From IMG/VR virus record IMGVR_UViG_3300044673_000327, positions 1-64,000 of that record: DNA of 64,000 nucleotides. One strand, given 5' to 3'. The notes beneath the pieces are model-generated. The model saw nothing but the letters and a program-made list of their open reading frames with translations. It was not told where the DNA came from and did not search any database. The stretch comes from a virus. The translations under genes and the position numbers were made by a program. Shown in pieces: positions 27,800 through 37,436 of the stretch (its first letter is position 1; every line of letters begins with the position of its first letter).

Positions 27800-30502
27800 T
27801 TAATTGCCGATCCAGAAGTAAGAACCGGTGATCGTCTTACCCATGTCGGACGAGTTAAATGTCATCGTCCCGTTTCCGTTGAGGGTGATCTCGTTCGGGG
27901 CTGGAGCTATACCGTCCGTTCTGAGTCTCGTTATCGGGGAACCCGCTATCAAGAACTCGTGTAGGTCGGGGCTATCGATCTCGACGCGGATAAAATCTAT
28001 ATCGAGACTAGCGGGAAGAGTGAGGGTATAAGGGGATGAAGACGGTATCGTTCCCGTGTAGAAAGCCTTGTTGAGGTTCTTGGTGTAATACTGCCAAGAG
28101 ATAACGATATTCTCGAAATTGGATTTGAGTAGTCCGTAGTTAAAAGGTTGGGTGAGATATTCTCCCGTCACGTAACTGTTATTGGGGAAATCCTCCCGAT
28201 TCGAGAACGCTACGGTTATCCCCTCGATAAGAGGTTCTAGAACCGCGTGAGTGGTCTTCGCCCCCGATCCCCCCGCGACCCAATTAGAGCCGTTCCAACC
28301 GTAACCCGTCCACGCTTTGGTTAGAGCCACGCCATCGACGACCTGAAAGAAACTCGATACCCGTTCCGATGTATCGGTGAGTAGAAAGATGCCCGTATCC
28401 CAATGGAGTAGGGTGGTCGATCGGTTGATCCGGGTCTGATCCGAGGGCGAGTGCAGGAGTGTCCCGTTTCTAGTGAAGATTCCCCGAGAGGTGACGACCC
28501 CGTTTTTCCAGAAACCCACCGCGAGAGTGTTAGAGGGGGGAGTTAGTTGAGGACTATCCCCGACCCCGAAGGTATAGGACGGGATAGTAACGGTAGTAGA
28601 GCCGTGGGTCAGGTATTGCAACCTTCGATCGCCCCCTCCGATCGCCACCCAGAAGTCGGCATCCTCGGGACAGTTAGCGAGAGACGCGGGGTTGGTCAGG
28701 TGAACGCTAACGAGATCCGATAGCGTTACCGTCGGGTTATCGGTCGATCGCCACGCGACCCGTCGGGTGTTCTCGTTACCCGTTACCCCATCGGAGTAGA
28801 CGATCGCGAGCCTATCGCCCGCGCTATAACGATCGCCCTTGAAAAAACGAACCCGAAACCAGTTGCCCCCCGCGGTCACGGGGGAGAACGAAAAGGGTAA
28901 AGCGTCGTTAAAATTCGAGGCACTAGAGGTCAACCGTCCATCGAGGATAGCGTAGACCGTACTTCCCGTTCCCGCCACGTCGAGTCCGAAACAGGGAAGA
29001 TCGATCGGGTTCGTGACCTGATTGACCACCGCTCCGGGGTTGGAGTCATCGAAGGTGATGCGCCAGATCCCCGTCTGCCGACAACCGACCCATATCCGGT
29101 TATTGACTCTATCGATGCAGACCTGCCCGATCGCCGTAGCCCCGAGCGCGGGGGTAGAAGAATTATTCCAAGTTCGATAGGTTCCATCCCATAGGTTCAG
29201 GAGCGTTACCCCCGTGGAATCGTACTGTACGACCCGAACCTCGTCCCACTTATGGAGATCCGCGTCGGTACTTCTCCAACCGTGAATATCGGGACGGCTC
29301 CGATTCAGGTGCTGTCTCCACGGGATAGCGATCGGGCGGGAGTTGTAGGAGTTACCGAAAAACCCCGTGTGTCTCTTGGCGTGAACCCGATAGGTCGCCG
29401 TTCCCACCGCGCCCCCCGTCACGATCTCGATTCTCAAGATAACGGGCAGTAACCGATTCCACGTCCCGCCCCACGAGAGTTGACCCCGCTCCGATCGATT
29501 GGGGCTGGTATCCTCGAAGAAGGGACTCGTTCCGCTCGCGGTATGCCAACAACTAACCTGTCTCGGTTCGGGGGGACGGTTGTTATCGGTCGCCGTGTAC
29601 CTCGTCCCCTTTCCATTACCCGTACTATCGACCCCGTGATAATAAACCCGCAACCTATCCTCGAAACTCAACCCGAAATAGAGCGAGTTGATAATCATCC
29701 CGAGACTATAAATATTGCGGTACTGGTAATTAACCGTCTTTTTATTCTTAAAGTGATCCGATACCACCACCTCGGTTCTACTGGCGCTCGCCACGTTACC
29801 CGGAAAAGGATCGGTCTCGGACGCAAAAGAAACTCCGTTCGATAGCCGTTCCGATGGCATGACCAGATCGTGATCGATGCTTGTTCCTCTTACTCCCGAT
29901 ACCCCGAGGTGTTTGAAAGAGTCGAAAGTCCCCGAGCCGTATCGGTAGAAGATCTGTTTCGCCATCTCCCGCAATACCCAAGGCTTAACCCCGAATCCCG
30001 AGAGAGGAAACTTGATCTGGTAGAAGACCCGAAGGATCTCGGTCGCCTTTTGGGTGAGCGGTACATCGAGACGGGTATAGGCGAGGGCGGTAACGGTGCT
30101 ATCGGTCGAGATAATACTCCCCGAGTTGGTAAGCAGTACCGTTCGGAAGGTTCTATCGCTCCCCGCGAACTCGATCGTCGAGGCTATTTCTCCGAAGATC
30201 GGATCTTCGGTATCGATGAACGTCGGGGCGCTATTATTCGGCACTCCCGAGGGACGGAACCCGATGGCGATCGTGTTAGGTATATCCGAAACACCGAACG
30301 CGGGAAGAGATGAATAGGTCGAGATACCGACGTTGGTATCGGTCGTGAAAAGAAAAGGTAGATCGTTGAGAAGTTGCAGTAACGCGGCGTTGGTGATGAG
30401 ATTCGATTTCGTTATCTCTCTCGTTCTACCCGTCTCTCTATCGATAAAGATTAAACGGATCTCTCCCTCTAATCGGGGGAACGGGATTTGAATATCCTTC
30501 AT
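27800..30502 (-). CDS. large tail protein (beta-rich)
   Basis: 900 aa; NLITNAAL N-terminal tail motif; synteny. Confidence 0.7.
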   Translation of the reverse strand: MKDIQIPFPRLEGEIRLIFIDRETGRTREITKSNLITNAALLQLLNDLPFLFTTDTNVGISTYSSLPAFGVSDIPNTIAIGFRPSGVPNNSAPTFIDTEDPIFGEIASTIEFAGSDRTFRTVLLTNSGSIISTDSTVTALAYTRLDVPLTQKATEILRVFYQIKFPLSGFGVKPWVLREMAKQIFYRYGSGTFDSFKHLGVSGVRGTSIDHDLVMPSERLSNGVSFASETDPFPGNVASASRTEVVVSDHFKNKKTVNYQYRNIYSLGMIINSLYFGLSFEDRLRVYYHGVDSTGNGKGTRYTATDNNRPPEPRQVSCWHTASGTSPFFEDTSPNRSERGQLSWGGTWNRLLPVILRIEIVTGGAVGTATYRVHAKRHTGFFGNSYNSRPIAIPWRQHLNRSRPDIHGWRSTDADLHKWDEVRVVQYDSTGVTLLNLWDGTYRTWNNSSTPALGATAIGQVCIDRVNNRIWVGCRQTGIWRITFDDSNPGAVVNQVTNPIDLPCFGLDVAGTGSTVYAILDGRLTSSASNFNDALPFSFSPVTAGGNWFRVRFFKGDRYSAGDRLAIVYSDGVTGNENTRRVAWRSTDNPTVTLSDLVSVHLTNPASLANCPEDADFWVAIGGGDRRLQYLTHGSTTVTIPSYTFGVGDSPQLTPPSNTLAVGFWKNGVVTSRGIFTRNGTLLHSPSDQTRINRSTTLLHWDTGIFLLTDTSERVSSFFQVVDGVALTKAWTGYGWNGSNWVAGGSGAKTTHAVLEPLIEGITVAFSNREDFPNNSYVTGEYLTQPFNYGLLKSNFENIVISWQYYTKNLNKAFYTGTIPSSSPYTLTLPASLDIDFIRVEIDSPDLHEFLIAGSPITRLRTDGIAPAPNEITLNGNGTMTFNSSDMGKTITGSYFWIGN

Positions 30503-30566
30503 AGATCCGAAAGTGATAAGGAAAGGACATTGACTATTGACTATCTACTATTTTATCACTTCCGAT

Positions 30567-32189
30567 CTACCCGATCACGTTCGGTAAAAGATCGATGTAC
30601 TCGTATTTCTGCCCCGAGAAAACCATCACCCCGAAATTCTGGTAGCGGGGATTATCTCCAGAGGCGTTCCCGAAAACCACCGTACCGAGGGTGACGCGGA
30701 TACTCCTCTCGGTCGTCGCGGTGAACGTTCCCCGAATACTACCGTCTACCCCGACCCGAACACTACCGTCTACCGCCTTTCTCGCCGACGCGAAGATCGC
30801 CGCGGGTTGAATCCCTACCCGGATACTGCCGTCCACCCCTTCGCGTCTCGCCCTGACGAACGATCGAACTAGGGTATCGGAGAAGGTCAATCGACGTTGG
30901 GAGACATCGAGGGAGGTTATCGAGCCGGTATGGGGACTTAGGGAAAGGGAATCGATGGTATCTTCTAGATCGATTCTCCGATTGGATAGATCTAGGGTTT
31001 GTGATGACGAGGTATTGCTGTAACTATCGAGAGGAGAGAAAGGTTCCTCGATAAACCCGTAAGAGAGAGAATCGGATGGAGCTTCGATAACGACATCGGG
31101 GCTGTAATGACGGTAGGGTTCACTCCCCCCGTACTCCCATTCGGTGAGGGGACGGTAACGGGTTCCTCCCGAAAGCGATACTACCCGACGGTTCGGAAAA
31201 ACGTGGGTAACATCGGGGAGATAGGTTCCCGTCGTGTTGATCGTCCAGTAAGTACGGGTTATCTTCTCCCGATCCCGTATCGGTAACTGCCAGTAAACCC
31301 ATTGACGATCGCTTGCGTTAGGGGTTCTCCACCAATAGGTATTAGCGATCGAGGGATCGAGTTGTCGGGGAAAGAACGTGAGTTTCCCGATCCAGTAATC
31401 GGGGTTATCGCCGTAGCCCCCGACGATACCCGTCCCGGTGAAGAAAGACGTGGGAATGGTATAGATGAGAAGTTCATCGAATAACAGTTCATCTCCCACG
31501 GGTGTCGCCTTGACGATGATGGGTTTACTTCTCTCGATCGCCCCACCCCCGGAAGCGGAGGAAGGCAATACCAATTTCGGTAGAGCGGTATTGTCGGAGA
31601 AGAAAATCTGACGGAATCCCGAGATCTGTTTCCACTCGAACTCGTCCTCATCGGGTATCCAGTTCGAGGATAGGTCGATCGCTCTCTCTTCTCCCTCGGG
31701 CAATTCGGGATAGATAGCCTCGCCCCGCTCGGTGTTCTCGTCCCCGATTAGTTGATAGATCGCACCTCCGAAGATCGTTAGGGTTCTCAAAAACTTGATA
31801 TTGACGTTCCGAACGGTACGAACCACCTTCCAGAAGTTATCGGGGGAGTTGTTCGTCACGAAGAAATATTCCGTCTCCCCTACCAATCGAATCTCATCGT
31901 AGGGCTTCTCGTCGATACGGGCGATGAAGGTGTTATAGATAGCCCGCTCGTACCGCGCCTGTTGGCTATCCCGGTTATATTGCTGGTTCGGGGTATCGGG
32001 ATCTTGCCGACGGAACAATAGGGGAGATGGATTCTCCACCACCCGCTCGGGCATACCCCCGAGTGCTTTCTGCTCGCTATACGGACTCGGCTCTACCTTG
32101 AAAGAGGTTTTATTCCCTTGCCCCGTCTGCCATACCGATTTAATCTTGCCCCGGTTCTTGCCCGTGTTCCCGTTAAAACTACTGCCCAT
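30567..32189 (-). CDS. tail/structural protein
   Basis: 540 aa; PKD-like FEWKQISG; synteny. Confidence 0.65.
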   Translation of the reverse strand: MGSSFNGNTGKNRGKIKSVWQTGQGNKTSFKVEPSPYSEQKALGGMPERVVENPSPLLFRRQDPDTPNQQYNRDSQQARYERAIYNTFIARIDEKPYDEIRLVGETEYFFVTNNSPDNFWKVVRTVRNVNIKFLRTLTIFGGAIYQLIGDENTERGEAIYPELPEGEERAIDLSSNWIPDEDEFEWKQISGFRQIFFSDNTALPKLVLPSSASGGGAIERSKPIIVKATPVGDELLFDELLIYTIPTSFFTGTGIVGGYGDNPDYWIGKLTFFPRQLDPSIANTYWWRTPNASDRQWVYWQLPIRDREKITRTYWTINTTGTYLPDVTHVFPNRRVVSLSGGTRYRPLTEWEYGGSEPYRHYSPDVVIEAPSDSLSYGFIEEPFSPLDSYSNTSSSQTLDLSNRRIDLEDTIDSLSLSPHTGSITSLDVSQRRLTFSDTLVRSFVRARREGVDGSIRVGIQPAAIFASARKAVDGSVRVGVDGSIRGTFTATTERSIRVTLGTVVFGNASGDNPRYQNFGVMVFSGQKYEYIDLLPNVIG

Positions 32190-32242
32190 AAAAGAAAGAA
32201 AAGAGAGAAGAGGAGAGAGTTGATTTATCTTTTTCTCTTTAT

Positions 32243-32283
32243 CCCCGAGTATTTTTCCTTCCCCCTAGACCGTAGGAAAACTA
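32243..32283. promoter_or_regulatory. back-to-back motif C elements (AGGAAWAMTA)
   Basis: AGGAAAAATACTCGGGG on - and TAGGAAAACTA on + between divergent genes. Confidence 0.55.
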
Positions 32284-32317
32284 AAGGATTTGAAATTCAT
32301 TCATTCCTTCCTCTCCT

Positions 32318-32818
32318 ATGGTCGCCTTATCCCCCCTCGACAAAGAACGCGCCCGGTTCCATCTCGGACTATCCTCGACCGCCAATATAGACTCGGGAGA
32401 CATCGCCCGTTTCGAGGACGGGGTCAAACAGATCCCCTCGGACTATATCAAAACCAAGATCAAAGAACTTCTCGATCGCCTCGACAAGACTTACGAGAAT
32501 CTCGACCTCATCACCAACGACGGTCGAAGTGTCTCGGAAATCTACGCGGGGGATATTAACCGAACGGTCATCCGTAAAGAAGAACGCGAGCAACAACAGA
32601 TCTGGTGGGCGGAGTACATGAAACTCACCGACAGGTTAGCCCAAACCCTCGCCTGTGCCAACTATAATCACGAGGGGATGGATCGCTATAAGCATAGTGC
32701 CTTCCCCACGGGTGTGACCGTCTCTACCATGCCCGGAGCGGCGGATACCTCGATAGCCTCCCGAGTGGTAGCCAAGAGAATATTCCCCGCTCTCAGTTGT
32801 GATTTCGGGTATTTGTAG
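32318..32818 (+). CDS. head-tail adaptor-like structural protein
   Basis: LSPLDKERARFHLG helical N-terminus; structural region. Confidence 0.55.
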   Translation: MVALSPLDKERARFHLGLSSTANIDSGDIARFEDGVKQIPSDYIKTKIKELLDRLDKTYENLDLITNDGRSVSEIYAGDINRTVIRKEEREQQQIWWAEYMKLTDRLAQTLACANYNHEGMDRYKHSAFPTGVTVSTMPGAADTSIASRVVAKRIFPALSCDFGYL

Positions 32819-32882
32819 AGTCAGGAACGAGATCGGATTCAAGATAGAATATAGTCAATCTATTATTCTTTTTGGCTTATAC

Positions 32883-33338
32883 ATGTCTCTCAACGTCCCG
32901 AATACAGAACCGATCTTTCCCGATAAGGTATTGGAGTGGAACGCTACCCTAACGACAGAGGTAGCCCCCCGCGTTATCACGACACAGACCCCGAAACAAC
33001 TCGGGACGATGGGAGCTAACGGGGGATTCATTCACTCGATCGTTCTCACCCCCCGCGGTAACTGTGCCGCTACCGTGTTCCGTCTCTACAAATCGATGCA
33101 GGAGAATAACGCCACGGTTTATAAGCTCCTGCTGGAGACGACCCTACCCGAGATCACCAACGCCTCCGAAGCGGCGGGATTGGCGAGCGTCAACGTCACC
33201 CTACCCGAGGTCAAGACGGGAGGGGCGACCCAGAACAAGATCGATTGTCCGAGTGACGCGGTTTACTTTTGCGCCCTCGGTACGGCGACCAACGCCAACA
33301 CCGGCTATAACGTTTGGGTTAGAGGGGGGATGTATTGA
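32883..33338 (+). CDS. structural protein
   Basis: Beta-rich; resembles 25332..25748. Confidence 0.65.
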   Translation: MSLNVPNTEPIFPDKVLEWNATLTTEVAPRVITTQTPKQLGTMGANGGFIHSIVLTPRGNCAATVFRLYKSMQENNATVYKLLLETTLPEITNASEAAGLASVNVTLPEVKTGGATQNKIDCPSDAVYFCALGTATNANTGYNVWVRGGMY

Positions 33339-33417
33339 TCCGCGATCATTCCGTAACATACGGATAGATAGAAGGTAGATCGTAGCGTTACTATCGGGTA
33401 TCCACTCTCCGATATCC

Positions 33418-33507
33418 ATGCGTTACGACCCTACACCCGACGAGTATATCCTGACTATTCTGGTAATCTTAATGGAGATCTCGATCGTCATCCTGTTATT
33501 GACTTAA
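33418..33507 (+). CDS. 29-aa single-TM peptide (not in the ORF track)
   Basis: MRYDPTPDEYILTILVILMEISIVILLLT. Confidence 0.4.
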   Translation: MRYDPTPDEYILTILVILMEISIVILLLT

Positions 33508-33516
33508 TCGATCGAG

Positions 33517-33640
33517 TAGGGCGATAGGCTGGAATCGAACCAGCGCGGGTATTTAATCCCTCGCATCTTTTAGCGATAGCTCCGAAACCGATCGCACACC
33601 GCATCAAGATTAAGCTTACAGATCCATTCTGCTCTACGCC
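33517..33640 (-). ncRNA. tRNA-like RNA (about 124 nt)
   Basis: T-arm GCTGG-TTCGATT-CCAGC; acceptor-like GGCGTAG/CTA(T)CGCC; D-like hairpin; extended -10 TGcTACTAT upstream. Confidence 0.55.
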
Positions 33641-33704
33641 AATTCTATAGTAGCATATACCCTTCGGCAAAGCTTATAATTATTAAAAAGGTTGGAGCCT
33701 TTCA

Positions 33705-33926
33705 GTGATGTTAAAACGATTGATTCGGCTACTCGGTAATATTTTTTACCCATTATACAAATCGCAAGAGAACGAGCTAGAAGATATATCGAATTATATC
33801 TCCATCGATCCTATTGAAGACCGATTTCGAGAACTGGAAAGAGAATTTACTTCACGAAAACCAGAAACCTACAGGGGTGATATAAATAGAGAACCCTTAA
33901 AAAAGATCGACAAGGATAATGTATAA
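33705..33926 (+). CDS. hypothetical protein
   Basis: GGAG RBS; AT-rich. Confidence 0.5.
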   Translation: MMLKRLIRLLGNIFYPLYKSQENELEDISNYISIDPIEDRFRELEREFTSRKPETYRGDINREPLKKIDKDNV

Positions 33927-34212
33927 AATAACTCACACATCTTTGCGATACGGAGAAGTTTCGGATGAAACCGAATATTACGCTAGAGATGAATCGGAAC
34001 GAGACGAGATCGTGACCCACCTTCTCGATCGCGCTAAAAACGCGGGAGACATAGAGTATTCACTGGAAGATAAACCCTGTAAACCTACCGATCGATGGGA
34101 TAGAGTTTACTGGACTTTTGAAACAATAGACTTACCGAAATGGGGATATACTATTCGTGTAAAAACGATTCACTTCGGATTAAATAGAAATGAGTTGAGT
34201 TTTAATCTATAG
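33919..34212 (+). CDS. hypothetical protein
   Basis: AGGA RBS; overlaps the preceding stop codon. Confidence 0.55.
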   Translation: MYKITHTSLRYGEVSDETEYYARDESERDEIVTHLLDRAKNAGDIEYSLEDKPCKPTDRWDRVYWTFETIDLPKWGYTIRVKTIHFGLNRNELSFNL

Positions 34213-35344
34213 GCAACCATCCCTCGGGAAAACCCATCATCATCCGAACGAATTCGGGATTGAGTTTATCGTTATGTTTACGATCGGTGTAGGGTACTCT
34301 CCAAGGTACGAGAGCGTGGGGGAGGTGTTTATTATTACCGGGTTTCCAACTCCTATGACCGGGATGAATCGAATTACAGGAGAGAGGGGTCGGTAAATAA
34401 AATTTATCCTTGACCCGAACGGGATCGCCCCATTTGGAGGATTGAAAGATAGGAAATTGTCCGAACACGGGACTTAATACACCTTCGGATGGCATTAATC
34501 CGAGGTCGCTTAAGCGATGTGTTTGAATAAAACTCGCCCTGTAAAATACCTCTTCTCGATCGTGTAGATGTTTGTGAAATCTCTTCCATACCCGACTCGC
34601 CACCCGCGGGACGATCGCGTTACCGTAGGCTTTCAGATGCGCTTTACGGTAGGGTTTATCCTCGGTATCGCAGGAGATGGGCAAGTAGTTCTCTAATCCC
34701 TCGTGGGTTAGCAGAGACCTCTCGATAAGAGGAGAGGAAGGAAGGAAAGAGTTTTTATTTTTCTCTTTAGTCGTGGGTAGCGCGGTTCTCGGGGTAGTGT
34801 CCGCGCGGTATCCCAGAACCCAGAATCGTTTTCTCAAGTGAACCGCCCCCACCTGAGCGGCGCTGTAATGCCCCCACTCGATCACGTAGGGCGTATCGAG
34901 GGCGCACAGCTTTCTAAGAAAGTTCTTAAAATATTGTCCTTTCTCGGAAGTACGGAACCCGGCGACGTTCTCCAAGAGGAATCCAGAAGGCTTACATTCT
35001 CCGACCAGACGGATAAACTCGTCACCGAGATCCCGTTCGTCCCCGCTCCCCTTGCGGTAACTGCCCGACGCTTGAGAGTGGGGCTGACAGGGGATAGAGG
35101 CTTGAATGATGTCGTATTCCCCCTCGGATAGGGATACCTGTCGCACGTCCCCGAGGACGGGTTTCTTGAAGTTCTCGGACAAAACACGAGAGCAGAACGG
35201 GTCGTTATCGCAATAGGTCGTGACCTCGTAGCGATCGTCCAGACCGGAGTGAATCAGTCCGAGGGTAAAACCGCCGATACCGGAGGCGAGATCGAGAACG
35301 CGGTAGGGCTGGTGGAGAGAGGGATTGGAGCGGGGAGACGGCAT
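34202..35344 (-). CDS. DNA (cytosine-5) methyltransferase
   Basis: DLASGIGG (I), PCQ (IV), ENV (VI), RKR (VIII), YGNAIVP (X). Confidence 0.92.
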   Translation of the reverse strand: MPSPRSNPSLHQPYRVLDLASGIGGFTLGLIHSGLDDRYEVTTYCDNDPFCSRVLSENFKKPVLGDVRQVSLSEGEYDIIQASIPCQPHSQASGSYRKGSGDERDLGDEFIRLVGECKPSGFLLENVAGFRTSEKGQYFKNFLRKLCALDTPYVIEWGHYSAAQVGAVHLRKRFWVLGYRADTTPRTALPTTKEKNKNSFLPSSPLIERSLLTHEGLENYLPISCDTEDKPYRKAHLKAYGNAIVPRVASRVWKRFHKHLHDREEVFYRASFIQTHRLSDLGLMPSEGVLSPVFGQFPIFQSSKWGDPVRVKDKFYLPTPLSCNSIHPGHRSWKPGNNKHLPHALVPWRVPYTDRKHNDKLNPEFVRMMMGFPEGWLPID

Positions 35345-35436
35345 AACGGGGAGGCAAGAGCGCGACCCCGTTAATTCTTCCTATGTTTATCCGAACCCTC
35401 GGAAGAATAGATCGGGTAGTTCCCGATCGATAAACC

Positions 35437-35676
35437 ATGCCCTATATCCCCGATCGCTCCGAAGCTTCAGCTAACGATCGCTATTCCACGACTCTCGGGT
35501 TCGCCTCTCAGGTGATCGGTTGGCTCGTTCTCGGACTCTCTTTCTTTACCCCCGTATCCGATGCGACGAGGATCGCTATCTCCCAAGCCGTCATCGGTCA
35601 ATCGATCGGTGGGGGAATCCTCGCCCGATCGAATAAGTTCACGAATTCCTCCCAGAACCCCGACCCTAACCCCTAG
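35437..35676 (+). CDS. putative holin
   Basis: 79 aa, two hydrophobic segments, directly before the endolysin. Confidence 0.6.
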   Translation: MPYIPDRSEASANDRYSTTLGFASQVIGWLVLGLSFFTPVSDATRIAISQAVIGQSIGGGILARSNKFTNSSQNPDPNP

Positions 35677-35744
35677 AGAAATAAATAAATCTCTTTCCTT
35701 CCTTCCTTCGCGAATAATCTCTCCATCACACGAGTAACCTAATC

Positions 35745-36434
35745 ATGAAGATTACAGCCACCACCCCGACCTTTCTCAAGAAAAAGCCCATCCAATCTAC
35801 CGAATTACCCGATAGTCAGAAAGTCGAGGTAGAGAAGGACAAGACCTACCCGATACTCAAGATCTCCGACGAGAGAGAGGGACATCGATTCGTAGAACTG
35901 GAACACTCCGCGGGCAGTTGGTGGATCTTCTCTAATCACTGGAAGATCGAGAACGAGGACGATAAACCCGAGACTCCCGACGGACAGTTCACGGGTATCG
36001 TCACCGCTACCTTCACGATGAATCTCAAAAAAACCCGATCGCTCGTAGAGGGATTACTGACTTTCAAACGGGGGAATATCAAACTCCTTGAGGTGGTCGC
36101 CACATCGGGAGCGCCGGGTTTTCAGTACGAGGGCGCGTGGACTATCAAGGGAAGAGGTTGTATCCCCCCAGCTAAAGACTGGAAGATCTCGACCAACGGT
36201 TACTATCTCCCGACGAAAGGGATCGAGGGACAGTTCTACCACATCACTCCCGACCCCCGATTCGGCAGAAGTCAACTCGGACTGCATCGCGATTCCAACT
36301 ACGATCGCTCCCCCGGTTCCGCTGGTTGTATCGTGGTTATCGATAGCGACATCTTTAACCGTCGGGTCGTTCCCCTGTTCGATGGGTTAAAGAAAACTCA
36401 AGCGAACGTGAACCTCTCGGTGGTTTACTCGTGA
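35745..36434 (+). CDS. putative endolysin (L,D-transpeptidase-fold, DUF2778/Tlde1-like)
   Basis: GLH...GSAGCI catalytic motif; N-terminal cyanobacterial-type TFLKKKPIQS domain. Confidence 0.75.
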   Translation: MKITATTPTFLKKKPIQSTELPDSQKVEVEKDKTYPILKISDEREGHRFVELEHSAGSWWIFSNHWKIENEDDKPETPDGQFTGIVTATFTMNLKKTRSLVEGLLTFKRGNIKLLEVVATSGAPGFQYEGAWTIKGRGCIPPAKDWKISTNGYYLPTKGIEGQFYHITPDPRFGRSQLGLHRDSNYDRSPGSAGCIVVIDSDIFNRRVVPLFDGLKKTQANVNLSVVYS

Positions 36435-36477
36435 GTCTACCGATCGCCGTAATCTCTTTCGAGGTGAGATGAAATTA

Positions 36478-37197
36478 TTAAAGTCTTCGCAAAAAACCTA
36501 ACCCGTTTAATTCAAAATATACTTCATTAACTTCGTCTTCACTAACCAAGCCTTGTCGATGTAGCTCTATCAGCCTATCGAAGGGAGTTAAGTCATCTTG
36601 GGACTGGTTTACTACTCGATCGTAAATAGATTGTACCCGATCTTCTCGCGTTGCCTTATTTTGGTACACTTTCTCCGATTCCTCGCTTCCCTTAAACCGA
36701 ATTCCCTCGATAGAACCTATCGGCACTTCCCGACCGGGATTCATATAGGGTAAGGTATGTTGGTTGAAATAGGGATCGGAGGCGAGTGGTTCGGGAAGAA
36801 TGAATAGATCGGCGGAAGCCACCTTATATTTTTCTTGGTAGGGAAGAATAGAATTTTCCCCATAATATCTTTTATCAATTCTCCGCACTTGTGAAGCGAT
36901 ATTCGATAATCTTTTATGAGAGGTCGGTAGATCTGAAGAGTTCGCAAGAATTTGTTCTTGTAAATAATTTAATACCTCTCCGTTGTGTTTATAAATATTT
37001 CTACCCGAGGGAGGTTGGAAAGCCATACCGAAAGCGGGAACTTTTACAGCCTCGTAACTATTCGCGGGAACCGTCACCGCGTTATCGGCTTGCATCTTGA
37101 GAATATCGACGGCGTTGGGATCTTCAACGATAAAGGCGCGGGCTGTCGGTTCGATATGTTCTAGAGTCTGGTTTAATAATCGGAGTTTAGGGTTCAT
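36478..37197 (-). CDS. hypothetical late protein (AT-rich)
   Basis: Own motif C at 37217-37234. Confidence 0.7.
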   Translation of the reverse strand: MNPKLRLLNQTLEHIEPTARAFIVEDPNAVDILKMQADNAVTVPANSYEAVKVPAFGMAFQPPSGRNIYKHNGEVLNYLQEQILANSSDLPTSHKRLSNIASQVRRIDKRYYGENSILPYQEKYKVASADLFILPEPLASDPYFNQHTLPYMNPGREVPIGSIEGIRFKGSEESEKVYQNKATREDRVQSIYDRVVNQSQDDLTPFDRLIELHRQGLVSEDEVNEVYFELNGLGFLRRL

Positions 37198-37216
37198 CGG
37201 GGGAAAAGATAATCGA

Positions 37217-37234
37217 CCCCGATTAGTATTCCTA
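37217..37234 (-). promoter_or_regulatory. motif C, TAGGAATACTAATCGGGG
   Basis: Near-identical copies at 41299 and 42189; variants at 39348 and 35366. Confidence 0.7.
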
Positions 37235-37436
37235 AAGAAAAAACCGGACGGGTTAAATCGTCCGGGTGTAGAGGTTAAACGGTGGTGAAAACTTTAGGGG
37301 GGAGAGGAAAATTCTTTCCGTTTATCTCTCCACGCTTTTGTCGGACTGTAGCCCAACTCTTCGAGGGTGTTTCGGACGCGAGGATCTAACTCCGTCCATA
37401 ACTTCATTCTCTCTATTTCCTCCACGAGTTTTTCTT

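Noticed and set aside
33517-33640. Canonical tRNA gene call
   Set aside because: No assignable anticodon loop, bulged acceptor stem and about 124 nt long; kept only as a tRNA-like ncRNA.
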